Made by a program: the position numbers and the translations under genes. 64,000 nucleotides of DNA from Callorhinchus milii (lineage: Eukaryota): the NCBI RefSeq assembly GCF_018977255.1, contig NW_024704751.1, positions 8,308,001 to 8,372,000 of the forward strand, written 5' to 3'. How positions within the stretch are numbered: the first letter of the stretch is position 1; each line of letters begins with the position of its first letter. The notes beneath the pieces are model-generated. The model was not told where the DNA came from. It was given only the letters and a program-made list of their open reading frames with translations, and made no database searches. Shown here one piece after another: positions 47,601 through 58,704 of the stretch.

Positions 47601-50320
47601 TGTAAATTTCTATATCTGAGTCCAAATCATTTATGTACATGGTGAGGGGGGCAGGAGCAAGAAGTGAGGAAGGGAAAGACAGAGAGAAAGACTCATCCAC
47701 AAACATAAAGTATTAGTTGTTCCTTCCCACCTTCATTTGCAGGTAAGACCTTTTCCATATTGCCCATCGTGGGATAGGTGAGAGAGAGAGACACAGAGAG
47801 TGTGAGTGGTTGAGTGTGAACGAGGAAAGAGAAAGATAGTCTTATTTGCCATTAGTAAATATTTTACTTTCTGCTCTACCCAGGGTGATAGCTACTGGCG
47901 TTTTGACGATGGCAAACTGGATCCAGGATTCCCAAACAAGATCAAGTTAGGTTTTCCCGGCATTCCATCAAACTTGGATGCCTCCTTCGCATTGCCCGCC
48001 TCCAACATTAATGGCAACGAGCGAGCTTACTTCTTCAAAGGTAACCAGCAAATTCCAGCACTGCCCAACGCACATAAACCCTCCACAGAGTCGTCACTCC
48101 TAAGGCTCACGTTATTTTCATCAAAATATTTTTTCTGTAGGAAATCAGTACTGGCAGTACGTTTTCAAACATCAGCCCAAACGGTCAGAGTGCCTGAAAA
48201 CATCGGAGTCTGTGCCCTTCCAGAGATATGCTATAACAATGTTGGACCCGTGGGAAAGTCTTTATGAATTGCTATTTCAAAGCTCTGCATCTGGTGGTAA
48301 TGTTTGTACAAGTAATCTCTTTGTACCTCTCCCCCCAACTCCCCTCTCCCCACCCTCTGTCCTCCACTCCCCTCCCTCCCCAGCCAATCTGCGCTATTAG
48401 AAAAGAGAAGGGAGTTTTGTGATGTCCTCGCTAACAATCCCCCAAATTAATTGGTCATTAGGGTATCAATCTGACTCAGTCAGTAGCACTCTCGCCTCTG
48501 AGTCGGAAGATTGTGGGTTCAAGCCCAAGTCAGGACTTTGAACCCACGTAGTCCAAGCTGACACTGCGATGCAGTGCTGGGGGAGCGCTGAGTTGTTGGA
48601 GGTGCCGTCCTTCGGATGAGAGGTTCAACTGAGAACCCGTCTGCCTGTTCAGGCGGATGTTAAAGATCCCACAAGACCAACAACAAAATGACATTTATAG
48701 AGGACCTTTCACGTCAGGACGACATCCCAAAGTGCTGAAACGGCGCTATGGAGTTATGGTGTTACGGTCTCACAGCGCTATTGGAAAAACAAAGGGAGTT
48801 TCTCTCTCCCGGTGTCCTGTCCGACAATCCCCAAAAATCTAATCCATCAATCACTCCACGGCTGTTTGTGGGACATTGCTGTGTGCAAATTGGCTTCCGC
48901 ATTGGCTCCAAACTACACAGTCACTGCACTTGACAGTGAGTCCTGGAAGTCGCTGTATGAAATGTACGAGTGTTATTGTGAGGCTCGGTGATGACTTTGT
49001 GTTCTAGATGGCGCCATTGGACCAGGCTCTGTCTCCCGGGACTGGCTGGGACTTCCCTCTAATGTGGATGCCGCGATGTCCGGAAAGCTCTTGATGATTT
49101 CACAAGATGTTCCCGATCGACAGAGGGGTAGGAAGAAACCAAAGAAGAGAAAGGGGAAGAAAAAGAAGCATCATTCCTCCAGCATGGAATTTTACTTTCA
49201 CAAGCGTCCTGGATTGGTTCCCAGTCAGAGTATCTACTTCTTTGCTCAAGGTGTCGTCCTGGCGTTTAAACAGAATCATAGAATCATTTAGCTTCACAGC
49301 GCAGAAGGAGGCCATTCGACGCATTGAGTCTCCCAAAGGAAGCTGTTCATCCATCCTCACTGCCCTGCCATCTCATCCGCTTGCATGTCTCTAACTTTCA
49401 TATACCTGTCTACTTCTCTCTGACTCTACATTGGCCACTGTCTCTGCCACCTCACTTGTCAGGAGGTTCCACAACCCAGCAACTCTGTGTGTGAACATAT
49501 TTTCTCTAAACTCTCCTTTTGCTCGCCTTGTGATTATCTTATATTCGTGTCCTCCAGTTACTGATTGCCTGACCAGTGGAAGCAGCTTCTGCCCATTTTG
49601 CTTCTCTGGTCCAATGACAACAGACCCAACTTCTCCAGTCTCTCCTCCTACTGTAACCCCTCAGTCTTGGATTGATTCTCATAACCTCCTCTGCACCCCC
49701 GCCAAGGCTTCAGCGTCTTTCCTGAAGTCAGGCTCTGCCACTAAGTGTGGGTGTGTGTCTCTCTTTCTTTCTCTTCCTAGCAGTCTGTGTGTGTATCTCT
49801 CTCTGTGTCTCTTTCAACTACTTTAACAGTCTGTGTGTGTCTCTCATTCTCTCGGACAGTCTGTGTGTGTCTCTCATTCTCTCGGACAGTCTGTGTGTGT
49901 CTCTCATTCTCTCGGACAGTCTGTGTGTGTCTCTCATTCTCTCGGACAGTCTGTGTGTGTCTCTCATTCTCTCGGACAGTCTGTGTGTGTCTCTCATTCT
50001 CTCGGACAGTCTGTGTGTGTCTCTCATTCTCTCGGACAGTCTGTGTGTGTCTCTCATTCTCTCGGACAGTCTGTGTGTGTCTCTCATTCTCTCGGACAGT
50101 CTGTGTGTGTCTCTCATTCTCTCGGACGGTCTGTGTGTGTCTCTCATTCTCTCGGACAGTCTGTGTGTGTCTCTCAGCTGCAGGGGGCCTGACTAACCCT
50201 TTTCTCGTTACAGACGAGTATTACCGCGTGGACCTGGAGTCCAAGCAAGTGGCGCTCGTGGACCCGCCGTACCCCCGGTCCATCGCCAGATACTGGTTCA
50301 AGTGCCGCGAGTCGGAGTGA
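44667..50320 (+). CDS. VTN: Vitronectin-like, copy A (HGD instead of RGD, 17 x 12-aa repeat insert), about 604 aa
   Basis: Exons 44667-44730 (signal peptide), 45310-45426 (somatomedin-B SCVGRC...CQCDNLCHFYKSCCVDY), 46105-46935, 47036-47175, 47884-48040, 48141-48296, 49008-49250, 50214-50320. Hemopexin repeats (FDAFTDLKNGSIFAFRG, DVWGIPGPIDTAFTRINCEGKTYIFKG), a basic heparin-binding stretch and C-terminal YPRSIARYWFKC. AATAAA at about 50443. Confidence 0.93.
45641..45955 (+). mobile_element. Full-length tRNA-derived SINE (same family), only in VTN copy A intron 2
   Basis: Pol III A box (TAGCTCAGTGG) and B box (GGTTCAATTCC), (ATT)n tail, candidate TSD TTGGTG. Absent at the equivalent position in copy B (about 52930). 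Confidence 0.9.
46230..46841 (+). repeat. Coding 36-bp minisatellite, 17 units (EPETATELAM[A/I/T]L)
   Basis: GAACCAGAGACAGCAACAGAACTGGCAATGGCTCTG x17 = 612 bp, in frame within exon 3 of VTN copy A. Confidence 0.97.
48468..48965 (+). mobile_element. Deu-domain-like SINE with a nested reverse tail fragment (paralogous copy 55835-56340)
   Basis: tRNA-like head (TCAGTCAGTAGCACTCTCGCCTCTGAGTC..GGTTCAAGCCC), then GGAGGTGCCGTCCTTCGGATGAG...GTTAAAGATCCCAC...GGGAGTT..CCCGGTGTCCTG resembling the DeuSINE central domain from memory. Related fragments at about 3300-3620 (-), 15298-15410, 33720-33960 and 38260-38400. Confidence 0.65.
49826..50176. repeat. 30-bp intronic minisatellite (CAGTCTGTGTGTGTCTCTCATTCTCTCGGA), VTN-A intron 7
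   Basis: About 11.5 near-perfect tandem units directly upstream of the branch point GACTAAC at 50191. Confidence 0.95.
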
Positions 50321-51860
50321 GACCCGGACTGACCTGATATCTGCATCAACTGTGGCCAAGACACACACTGTGAACCCTATTGGAGAGGAGGACCTCCGGC
50401 CGACCACAGCTCACACACGTACCCGAGTCCTCCACAGCAACCAATAAACACACAAAGTCAACCTGAGTGGTTCTGTGTCTCTCTCTCTCTGTTAGGAACT
50501 GTGCTGTCCTGAAGCCGGGGTTACTTTCCAAGATAATTAAAAACACACGCAGTCACCACACTTTACAGTCTATTTCGTGAAGCGCTTTGAAGCGTCCCGA
50601 AGGTACGATAAGGTGCTGTATCAAATGCGGGGATTATTATTATTAGCTAGTTTACTCCTGTTTTGTAAAGCCCCCACCCCCAACCCCACCCCCTCGCACA
50701 CACACATTGACAAGTTTTGTAAATCCACTTCCTTTATCTCCCCCATAACAATACCTGTAACTAACAGCGCATCATGGAGCCAGTCAGGTTGTTTAGGAAA
50801 TTCTGAGCGAAAAACACAGTAAAACACACATCCGCTGGTTGTCAAGGCATCGGTTGGTGCTACTTTGCCTTTTTAACCAGGTTCATCCACAAAACAACGT
50901 GCATTAATGTCGCATTGAAATGCTGAGGCTTATAATCCGGGTAAACATATCCGTGTGGTCACACTTTTGGATGTGACGTAGCAGTCGGCTTCACTATTCC
51001 ACTAGTGAGCTACGCAGGATGAATCAGGTTCATGTTCTTGCTCATCATCTTGTGACTCCTGGCGCGCGGTGCATTTATGTGGCCTCCAGGTCAGTACAGG
51101 ATCAGCCTCCAAGGTCCTCGTTCATGGTCAAACAGCCCCTCACACTCACTAACCACGCTCTCGTATGAAGAACGGCCGCTTAGTTGAAGTGCTGTCAACA
51201 ACTGGCGATTTGAACGCCAGCACAAGTCTTTAGGAGAGATTGGTGGGCGTGTGTGTGGGTGGGGGGGGGGGAGGGGGGGAGACAAGGTGAAAGACATTGC
51301 TCAGAGCTCATTCCTCTAACACTGGGGATCGTCCTCGTTGCTCTCCTCTGCACCAAATCCACTAAATAAAATTGGTCGCTCACTTCATGACTGTTTGTGG
51401 CGCATTACTGTATGCAAACTGGCTCCTGGGTTTTGCCCACCAAACACACAGTCAATCCACTTTACTGTATATCTTGTAAAGAGCTTGCGGACATCTCAAC
51501 GAGGTAATAAGATGCTATATAATTGTTATTACTATTAACATCATAATAATATTACTATAATGCTGTGAAGCACTTTGAGATGTTCTCCCAACCTGAAAAG
51601 CGCTGTATCAAATGCAAGGATTATCGTACAAATAATACAGCAGTTGGTTCTCGATTACTGTTACTTATTTCGGGGAAACAACCTTGTGTAAAATGTTTGC
51701 TTTTATTTCCCCAGCAGAAAAACAGATTGTACATCGGCTCCCAACTCAGATTAACCATTATTGAAAATCAACACAGTTGTTTGAACAGGCAGAACAGGCA
51801 AACAAGCTCTGGGTAAACACAGAAGGAACATTCCAGAACCCATAGGAATCGACTGCGGAC

Positions 51861-54800
51861 ATGAGGTGGCTGGCGGTGGTCATTCTCCTCGGCTCCTTCG
51901 TCTGCCCAGCGTCCACCGACCAGGGTAAGGGGGAAACGGGCTTACAATCCATCAGGCTCTACAGCACTTCACTGAGGGACCATCGCGGTGTTGAAAAGGC
52001 TGACGGCTAGATTCCCGGGACGTCATGGGGATAAAGGAGCGTGGGGTAAAGGCAGGGAAATAGTTTCAAAAGATGTGCCAGGGTCTGATTAACTGGTGGA
52101 ACAGGATTGACGGACTGAATGGCCTCCTCCTGCTCCTATGAGAGAGTTGAAGGCAACTCAAACCCGAATCTCCCGTGCACTCTCCTTCTCTCTCGCTCCC
52201 CGTCTCTCTCTGGGGCTGCTCATATTTGCCCCGGGTTTGCCGTTACTTGTGTTTCAGGCAGTGCCTCAATGTGCTAACCACTGGTTAGTGCGCAGTTGAG
52301 CTGATCCCCAGAATCCAAAAGGTCCCAGGGTAACATGGCTGTCTGGGCTGAATTTGCTGATTACAGCGGGGAGGATAGTGTGGGTGTTACGGTTGACTTT
52401 GGTGCCCTTGAGCACTTGCTCCTGCTGGATAGTGCATGTGTGGTCATTTCAGCCCAACTTCTAGGGATATTAAATACCCCGCTGACAGTCTAGGCTAACA
52501 CACAGAGGAGTGAGGTGATTGAGGCTGGCAGGAACTCTGAGGATGTTGCTTTCTGTAATGACGCAGATTTCCACTTGTTTTTGCCTCCTGTGGCACAGGT
52601 TCCTGTGTCGGCCGCTGTGCTGATGGCTTCAACGATACCCATAAGTGCCAGTGCGACAATCTCTGCCACTTCTACAAGAGCTGCTGTGTGGATTATAGCA
52701 CCGTGTGCAGGCGAGGTAAAGAAAGTGGCACAAAGGCAGCATCACTCTCACTCATGGAAATACTGAACACAGTGTAGAGGGAGCTTTAGAGTGTCTCTAA
52801 CCCACTGTCACTGACCTGGGAGCGTGGACGCACGGTGTAGAGGGAGCTTCACTCTCAAAGCTCCAACTGGTATGTCGGAGGCGTGGCTTGTCCCGTTAAA
52901 TTGAGAGGAGATCCCCAGAGTGCCCTTTTGCTGGTGTAGCTCTGTGTCAGTCACTGCCTGGAGCACTGTGTGAGGAAGGACACTGAGAACTCTTGTTATG
53001 AAGGTTCATATTTTTTTAAAGAAAGAGTAGAAGTGAGGAGAAGCCTAACCATGTGTTTCTCTCCTGGTGATTGCTGCCCCAGCCCGCGGCGATGTCTTTA
53101 CTGTGCCTGAGGATGACGAAGAGTTTGATGTTGACATTATTGGGGGAGTTACAGGCTCCAGTCTTCCATCTGCCGCTTCAACAACAGCCTTGTTGAGAAC
53201 GACAACGGTACCAGAGACAGCAACAGAACCGGCAACGACGACTCTGGAACCAGAACCCAAACCCAATGACCTGTGTTCCGACAAAGAATCCTTTGATGCC
53301 TTCACTGACCTAAAAAATGGATCCATATTTGCTTTCAGAGGTAAGAGCATTCAGCATTCACACACATACACACAGACGTGCACTTTTCCAGCAGGTGTCA
53401 TCTGATAGCGAACGGCAGCAGGAGCCTTGACTGGTCTGACCTCTTCCCATCCGGGGACACTGAGGACTATTGTTGTACTGCACTTCAGGCTCCAGCATAA
53501 TGGTGTCTGTCTCCCAGGGCGCGCACACATTGATCTCAATAGCTGTCGCTTGTGCCATTAATTACACTTACAAGGCTGTTATCTGATGGTTTATCACCTG
53601 TGTTAGAATTCCTGTCCCACCCCTTGCTGGTTCCCCTGTCTGTCTGAGGTTCTGAACTCACTGGGCCCCGGCATACTTTGCTGCACGTGCCAAGCTACGG
53701 TAACATCCAAATCCCACGTTTCGTCACCACACCGTCTCCCCCACACTGTCTATTCCCAGTCCATGCATCATTCCCCCTGCCTTACCTCATTCAAAGAGCG
53801 TCTCAAGACCTTCCTCTTTGACCGTGCGTTCGACCACCCTCCTACGCCCATCCTCCCTGCCCTCCAGCCCCCCACACCCTGATCCCAATCCTCGGCTCGG
53901 GTCAAAATCCCTGACTGTCCAGCATCTTGGGACATCCTCCCGACGTGAAAAGCGCTTTACAAATGTAGTTTGTTGCTGTTGTTGTCTCCCCCACACACTC
54001 GCCCCCACACACTCACCCCCGCACTCACCCCCACTGCCTGTCTCTCTCTTCACAGGAGACTACTTTTATGAACTGGACAGTTACAGCTTTCGCGAAGGAT
54101 ATCCTAAACGCATCAGTGATGTCTGGGGCATCCCAGGCCCCATTGATACGGCCTTTACACGTTTAAACTGTGAGGGCAAGACGTACATCTTCAAGGTAAA
54201 CTCTGGTCGGCTCCCTTTATTCTCTTGCTCCTCGGTGCTGACTGGTGACGGGGTTTGCTCCCCAGCACCACCTCAGCCGGGCGGCCTCTCTCCATGCCTG
54301 AGCCAGGAATTGTGTCCACAAGACATCCAGCTGGCTCCAAGGTGACGTTCCCAGCATGGAATATCATAATCTGAAGCTGTAAACCACTCCAGCCTTTACA
54401 ATATAATCATAATAATAATCCTTACATTTGGAATAGCGCCTTATCAGGTCTGCGAGACATCTCAAAGCGCCTCGCAGGATATACTGCAATGCGGAGTGAC
54501 TTTGTTTTGTATTTCCTGCTAGTTGTAATCACTCAGCCTCTGGTAACATCTTGGTAAATCCACACTGCACTCTCTCTCCATTGCCACAACCTCCTCCCTG
54601 CAGTAAGGTGACCAGAACTGCACACGGCATCTCCATGTGGTCTGAACAAGGTTTTATACAAATTGAACATTACTTCCCCACTTTTATACTGTGATCCTCT
54701 CAACATTAAGCCCGGTTCTCTGTTTGCACTATTTATGGCCTTGACCACCTTTGTTACTAATTTTAGAGACTTTATTCAGCTGAATCTCTTAAGTTCTTAG

Positions 54801-57435
54801 CATCTAAGATAAAATGGCTTCTTTATTGCTCCCACCAAAGTCAATCACTTCGCTTTGTTCTGTATTAAACTGCATCTGCCATCTCCCTGCCCATTCTGCA
54901 AACCTGTTTGCCTTCCTGTATCTTCTTTGCAATCGTCTTCATCACTCACCACATCCCTGGGGGTGTGATTCCAAAATTTGTAAATTTCTATATCTGAGTC
55001 CAAATCATTTATGTACATGGTGAGGGGGGCAGGAGCAAGAAGTGAGGAAGGGAAAGACAGAGAGAAAGACTCATCCACAAACATAAAGTATTAGTTGTTC
55101 CTTCCCACCTTCATTTGCAGGTAAGACCTTTTCCATATTGCCCATAGGTGAGAGAGAGAGACACAGAGAGTGTGAGTGGTTGAGTGTGAACGAGGAAAGA
55201 GAAAGAGTCTTATTTGCCACTAGTAAATATTTTACTTTCTGCTCTACCCAGGGTGATAGCTACTGGCGTTTTGACGATGGCAAACTGGATCCCAGATACC
55301 CAAGAAAGATCAAGAGAGGTTTTCCCGGCATTCCGTCAAACTTGGATGCCTCCTTCGCATTGCCCGCCTCCAACATTAATGGCAACGAGCGAGCTTACTT
55401 CTTCAAAGGTAAACAACAAATTCCAGCACTGCCCAATGCACATAAACCCTCCACAGAGTCGTCACTCCTAATGCTCACGTTATTTTCATCAAAATATTTT
55501 TTCTGTAGGAAATCAGTACTGGCAGTACGTTTTTGAAAATCAGCCCAAACGGTCAGAGTGCCTGAAAACATCGGAGTCTGTGCCCTTCCAGAGATATGCT
55601 ATAACAATGTTGGACCCGTGGGAAAGTCTTTTTGAAGTGCTATTTCAAAGCTCTGTATCTGGTGGTAATGTTTGTACGAGCAATCTCTTTGTACCTCTCC
55701 CCCCAACTCCCCTCTCCCCACCCTCTGTCCTCCACTCCCCTCCCTCCCCAGCCAATCTGTGCTATTAGAAACGAGAAGGGAGTTTTGTGATGTCCTCGCT
55801 AACAATCCCCCAAATTAATTGGTCATTAGGGTATCAACCTGACTCAGTCAGTAGCACTCTCGCCTCTGAGTCGGACTATTGTGGGTTCAAGCCCAAAGTC
55901 AGGACTTTGAACCCACGTAGTCCAAGCTGACACTGCGATGCAGTGCTGGGGGAGCGCTGAGTTGTTGGAGGTGCCGTCCTTCGGATTAAAGGTTCAACTG
56001 AGAACCCATCTGCCTGTTCAGGCGGATGTTAAAGATCCCACAAGAACAACAGCAAAATGACATTTATAGAGGACCTTTCACGTCGGGACGACATCCCAAA
56101 GCGCTGAAACGGTGCTATGGAGTTACGGTGTTACGGTCCCACAGCGCTATTTGAAAAACAAAGGGAGTTTCTCTCTCCCGGTGTCCTGTCCGACAATCCC
56201 TTAAAAATCCAATCCATCAATCACTCCACGGCTGTTTGTGGGACATTGCTGTGTGCAAATTGGCTTCCGCATTGGCTCCAAACTACACAGTCACTGCACT
56301 TGACAGTGAGTCCTGGAAGTCGCTGTATGAAATGTAAGAGTATTATTGTGAGGGTCGATGATGACTTTGTGTTCTAGATGGCGCCATTGGACCAGGCTCT
56401 GTCTCCCGGGACTGGCTGGGACTTCCCTCTCATGTGGACGCCGCGATGACCGGAAAGCTCTTGATGATTCGACAAGATGTTCTCATCCGACAGAGGGGTA
56501 GGAACAAACCAAAGAGCAGAAGGTGGAAGAAAAAGAAGCATCATTCCTCCAGCATGGAATTTGACTTCTACATGCCTCCTGGATTGGTTCCCAGTCAGAG
56601 TGTCTACTTCTTTGCTCAAGGTATCGTCCTGGCGTTTAAACCAGAATCATTCACATCCATCGAGACTCTCAAAGCAAGCTGTTCATCCAACCCCACCGCC
56701 CTGCCCTATCCCCACTCCCTCCTCGCCGGTCTCCCCAGGTCCACCACGGAGGTCAGGCTTTCAGCCATTACACCTCAAAACTTTGGAACACTCTCCCTCA
56801 ATCCCTCCGCCTTGCCCCCTCTCTCCCCTTTTTCAAGTCCCGCCTGAAAACCTTACTTTTCGACCGTGTTTACGGTCACCCAGACCCAGCCCCCCCACCC
56901 CCCTCCGGCTTGGAGTCAGGCTCCGCTAGCGCATGTCTCTCAGGTCCAATGCTCTGGGACACTATCCTGCGTCTGTGTGTGCATCTTTCATTCTCTCTGA
57001 CAGTCTGTGTGTATCTTTCATTCTCTCTGACAGTCTGTGTGTGTATCTTTCATTCTCTCTGACAGTCTGTGTGTATCTTTCATTCTCTCGGACAGTCTGT
57101 GTGTGTCTCTCATTCTCTCGGACAGTCTGTGTGTGTCTCTCATTCTCTCGGACAGTCTGTGTGTGTCTCTCATTCTCTCGGACAGTCTGTGTGTGTCTCT
57201 CATTCTCTCGGACAGTCTGTGTGTGTCTCTCATTCTCTCGGACAGTCTGTGTGTGTCTCTCATTCTCTCGGACAGTCTGTGTGTGTCTCTCAGCTGCAGG
57301 GGCCTGACTAACCCTTTTCTCGTTACAGACGAGTATTACCGCGTGGACCTGGAGTCCAAGCAAGTGGCGCTCGTGGACCCGCCGTACCCCCGGTCCATCG
57401 CCAGATACTGGTTCAAGTGCCGCGAGTCGGAGTGA
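51861..57435 (+). CDS. VTN: Vitronectin, copy B (canonical RGD), about 413 aa
   Basis: Exons 51861-51924, 52599-52715, 53083-53340 (begins A-R-G-D-V-F-T-V-P-E-D), 54056-54195, 55252-55408, 55509-55664, 56378-56620, 57329-57435. Same architecture as copy A and an intact frame. Confidence 0.95.
54500..55020 (-). mobile_element. Degenerate CR1-like LINE fragment in VTN-B intron 4 (shorter version 47460-47640 in copy A)
   Basis: Reverse translation has CR1 ORF2-like pieces (YINDLDSDIE, YKSGEVMFNLYKTLFRPH). Other CR1-like 3' fragments at about 30325-30510, 49270-49740 and 51960-52140. Confidence 0.7.
56970..57292. repeat. Same 30-bp minisatellite, VTN-B intron 7
   Basis: About 11 units, the 5' ones more diverged (TATCTTTCATTCTCTCTGA). 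Confidence 0.95.
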
Positions 57436-58035
57436 GACCCGGACTGACCTGATATCTGCATCAACTGTGGCCAAGACACACACTGTGAACCCTATTGGAG
57501 AGGAGGACCTCCGGCCGACCACAGCTCACACACGTACCCGAGTCCTCCACAGCAACCAATAAACACACAAAGTCAACCTGAGTGCTTCTGCCTCTCTCTC
57601 TCTCTCTCTCTCTCTCTGTGAGGAACTGTGCTGTCCTGAAGCCGGGGTTACTTTCCAAGACAACTAAAAACACACGCAGTCACCACACTTTACAGTCTAT
57701 TCCGTGAAGCGCTTTGAGGCGTCCCGAAGGCGCGATGAGGCCCTGTGTATCGCAGGCCATGGGGTGTAAATGCTAATAGCGGGAAATAATTATTAATTAA
57801 TTAAGAATAACTTGGGTGGTCGGGAAGGTCCTGCCTCCGGGCAGCGGCTGCGGTGGGGGACTGCAGGCGGGGACAGGAGCCGGAGATGGGAGGGTGGGGG
57901 GTGCGCAGAGCAGAGACACCCAGAGGGGAGGGAGAGAGGGTGAGAGGCGATGCTGCATTGTGGATGATGTAATGCTTTGTGCAGAGGCGCTGTGGATGCT
58001 CCAGTGCAGTCTCCTGTGTTGGTTGCAGTGAGACA

Positions 58036-58067
<32 letters not shown>

Positions 58068-58265
58068 CAGAGACAGAGAGAGAGGGAGACAGAGAGAGAC
58101 AGAGACAGAGAGAGAGAGAGAAGTTGATGTTCTTGTCCTGTGCCTTAAAGCATCTGATGTGACTGCACTGAGACAGACAGAGCAAAAGAGGGAGAGAGAG
58201 AGAGAGAGGGAGGAAGCAGTTGGATGTTCCTGTGCTGTGATGTAAAGCCCTCTGTCTTCTCGCAG

Positions 58266-58451
58266 NNNNNNNNNNNNNNNNNNNNNNNNNNNNNNNNNNN
58301 NNNNNNNNNNNNNNNNNNNNNNNNNNNNNNNNNNNNNNNNNNNNNNNNNNNNNNNNNNNNNNNNNNNNNNNNNNNNNNNNNNNNNNNNNNNNNNNNNNNN
58401 NNNNNNNNNNNNNNNNNNNNNNNNNNNNNNNNNNNNNNNNNNNNNNNNNNN
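58266..58451. other. Assembly gap (186 N)
   Basis: N run immediately upstream of SARM1 exon 1. There is also a single N at 4531. Confidence 1.
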
Positions 58452-58704
58452 GGAAGGAGGGAGAGGAAGGGAAGGAGGGAGAGGAAGGGAAGGAGGGAGA
58501 GGAAGGGGAGGAGGGAGAGGAAAGGGAAGGAGGGAGAGGAAGGGAAGGAGGGAGAGGAAGGGGAAGGAGGGAGAGGAAGGGAAGGAGGGAGAGGAAGGGG
58601 AAGGAGGGAGAGGAAGGGGAAGGAGGGAGAGGAAGGGGAAGGAGGGAGAGGAAGGGGAAGGAGGGAGAGGAAGGGGAGGCAGCAGTTGGATGTTCCTGTA
58701 GCGC

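Noticed and set aside
49826-50176. 30-bp and 36-bp arrays as CRISPR-like arrays
   Set aside because: The units are contiguous with no unique spacers, there are no cas genes, and the context is vertebrate.
56621-56630. U12-type donor in VTN intron 7 (GTATCGTCCT)
   Set aside because: It does not match GTATCCTT, copy A has GTGTCG, and the branch point GACTAAC with a pyrimidine tract is U2-type.
44440-57740. VTN pair as two haplotypes assembled in tandem
   Set aside because: Not fully excluded, but the diverged promoters, many amino-acid differences, private insertions and non-alignable intron 7 exceed what alleles would normally show.
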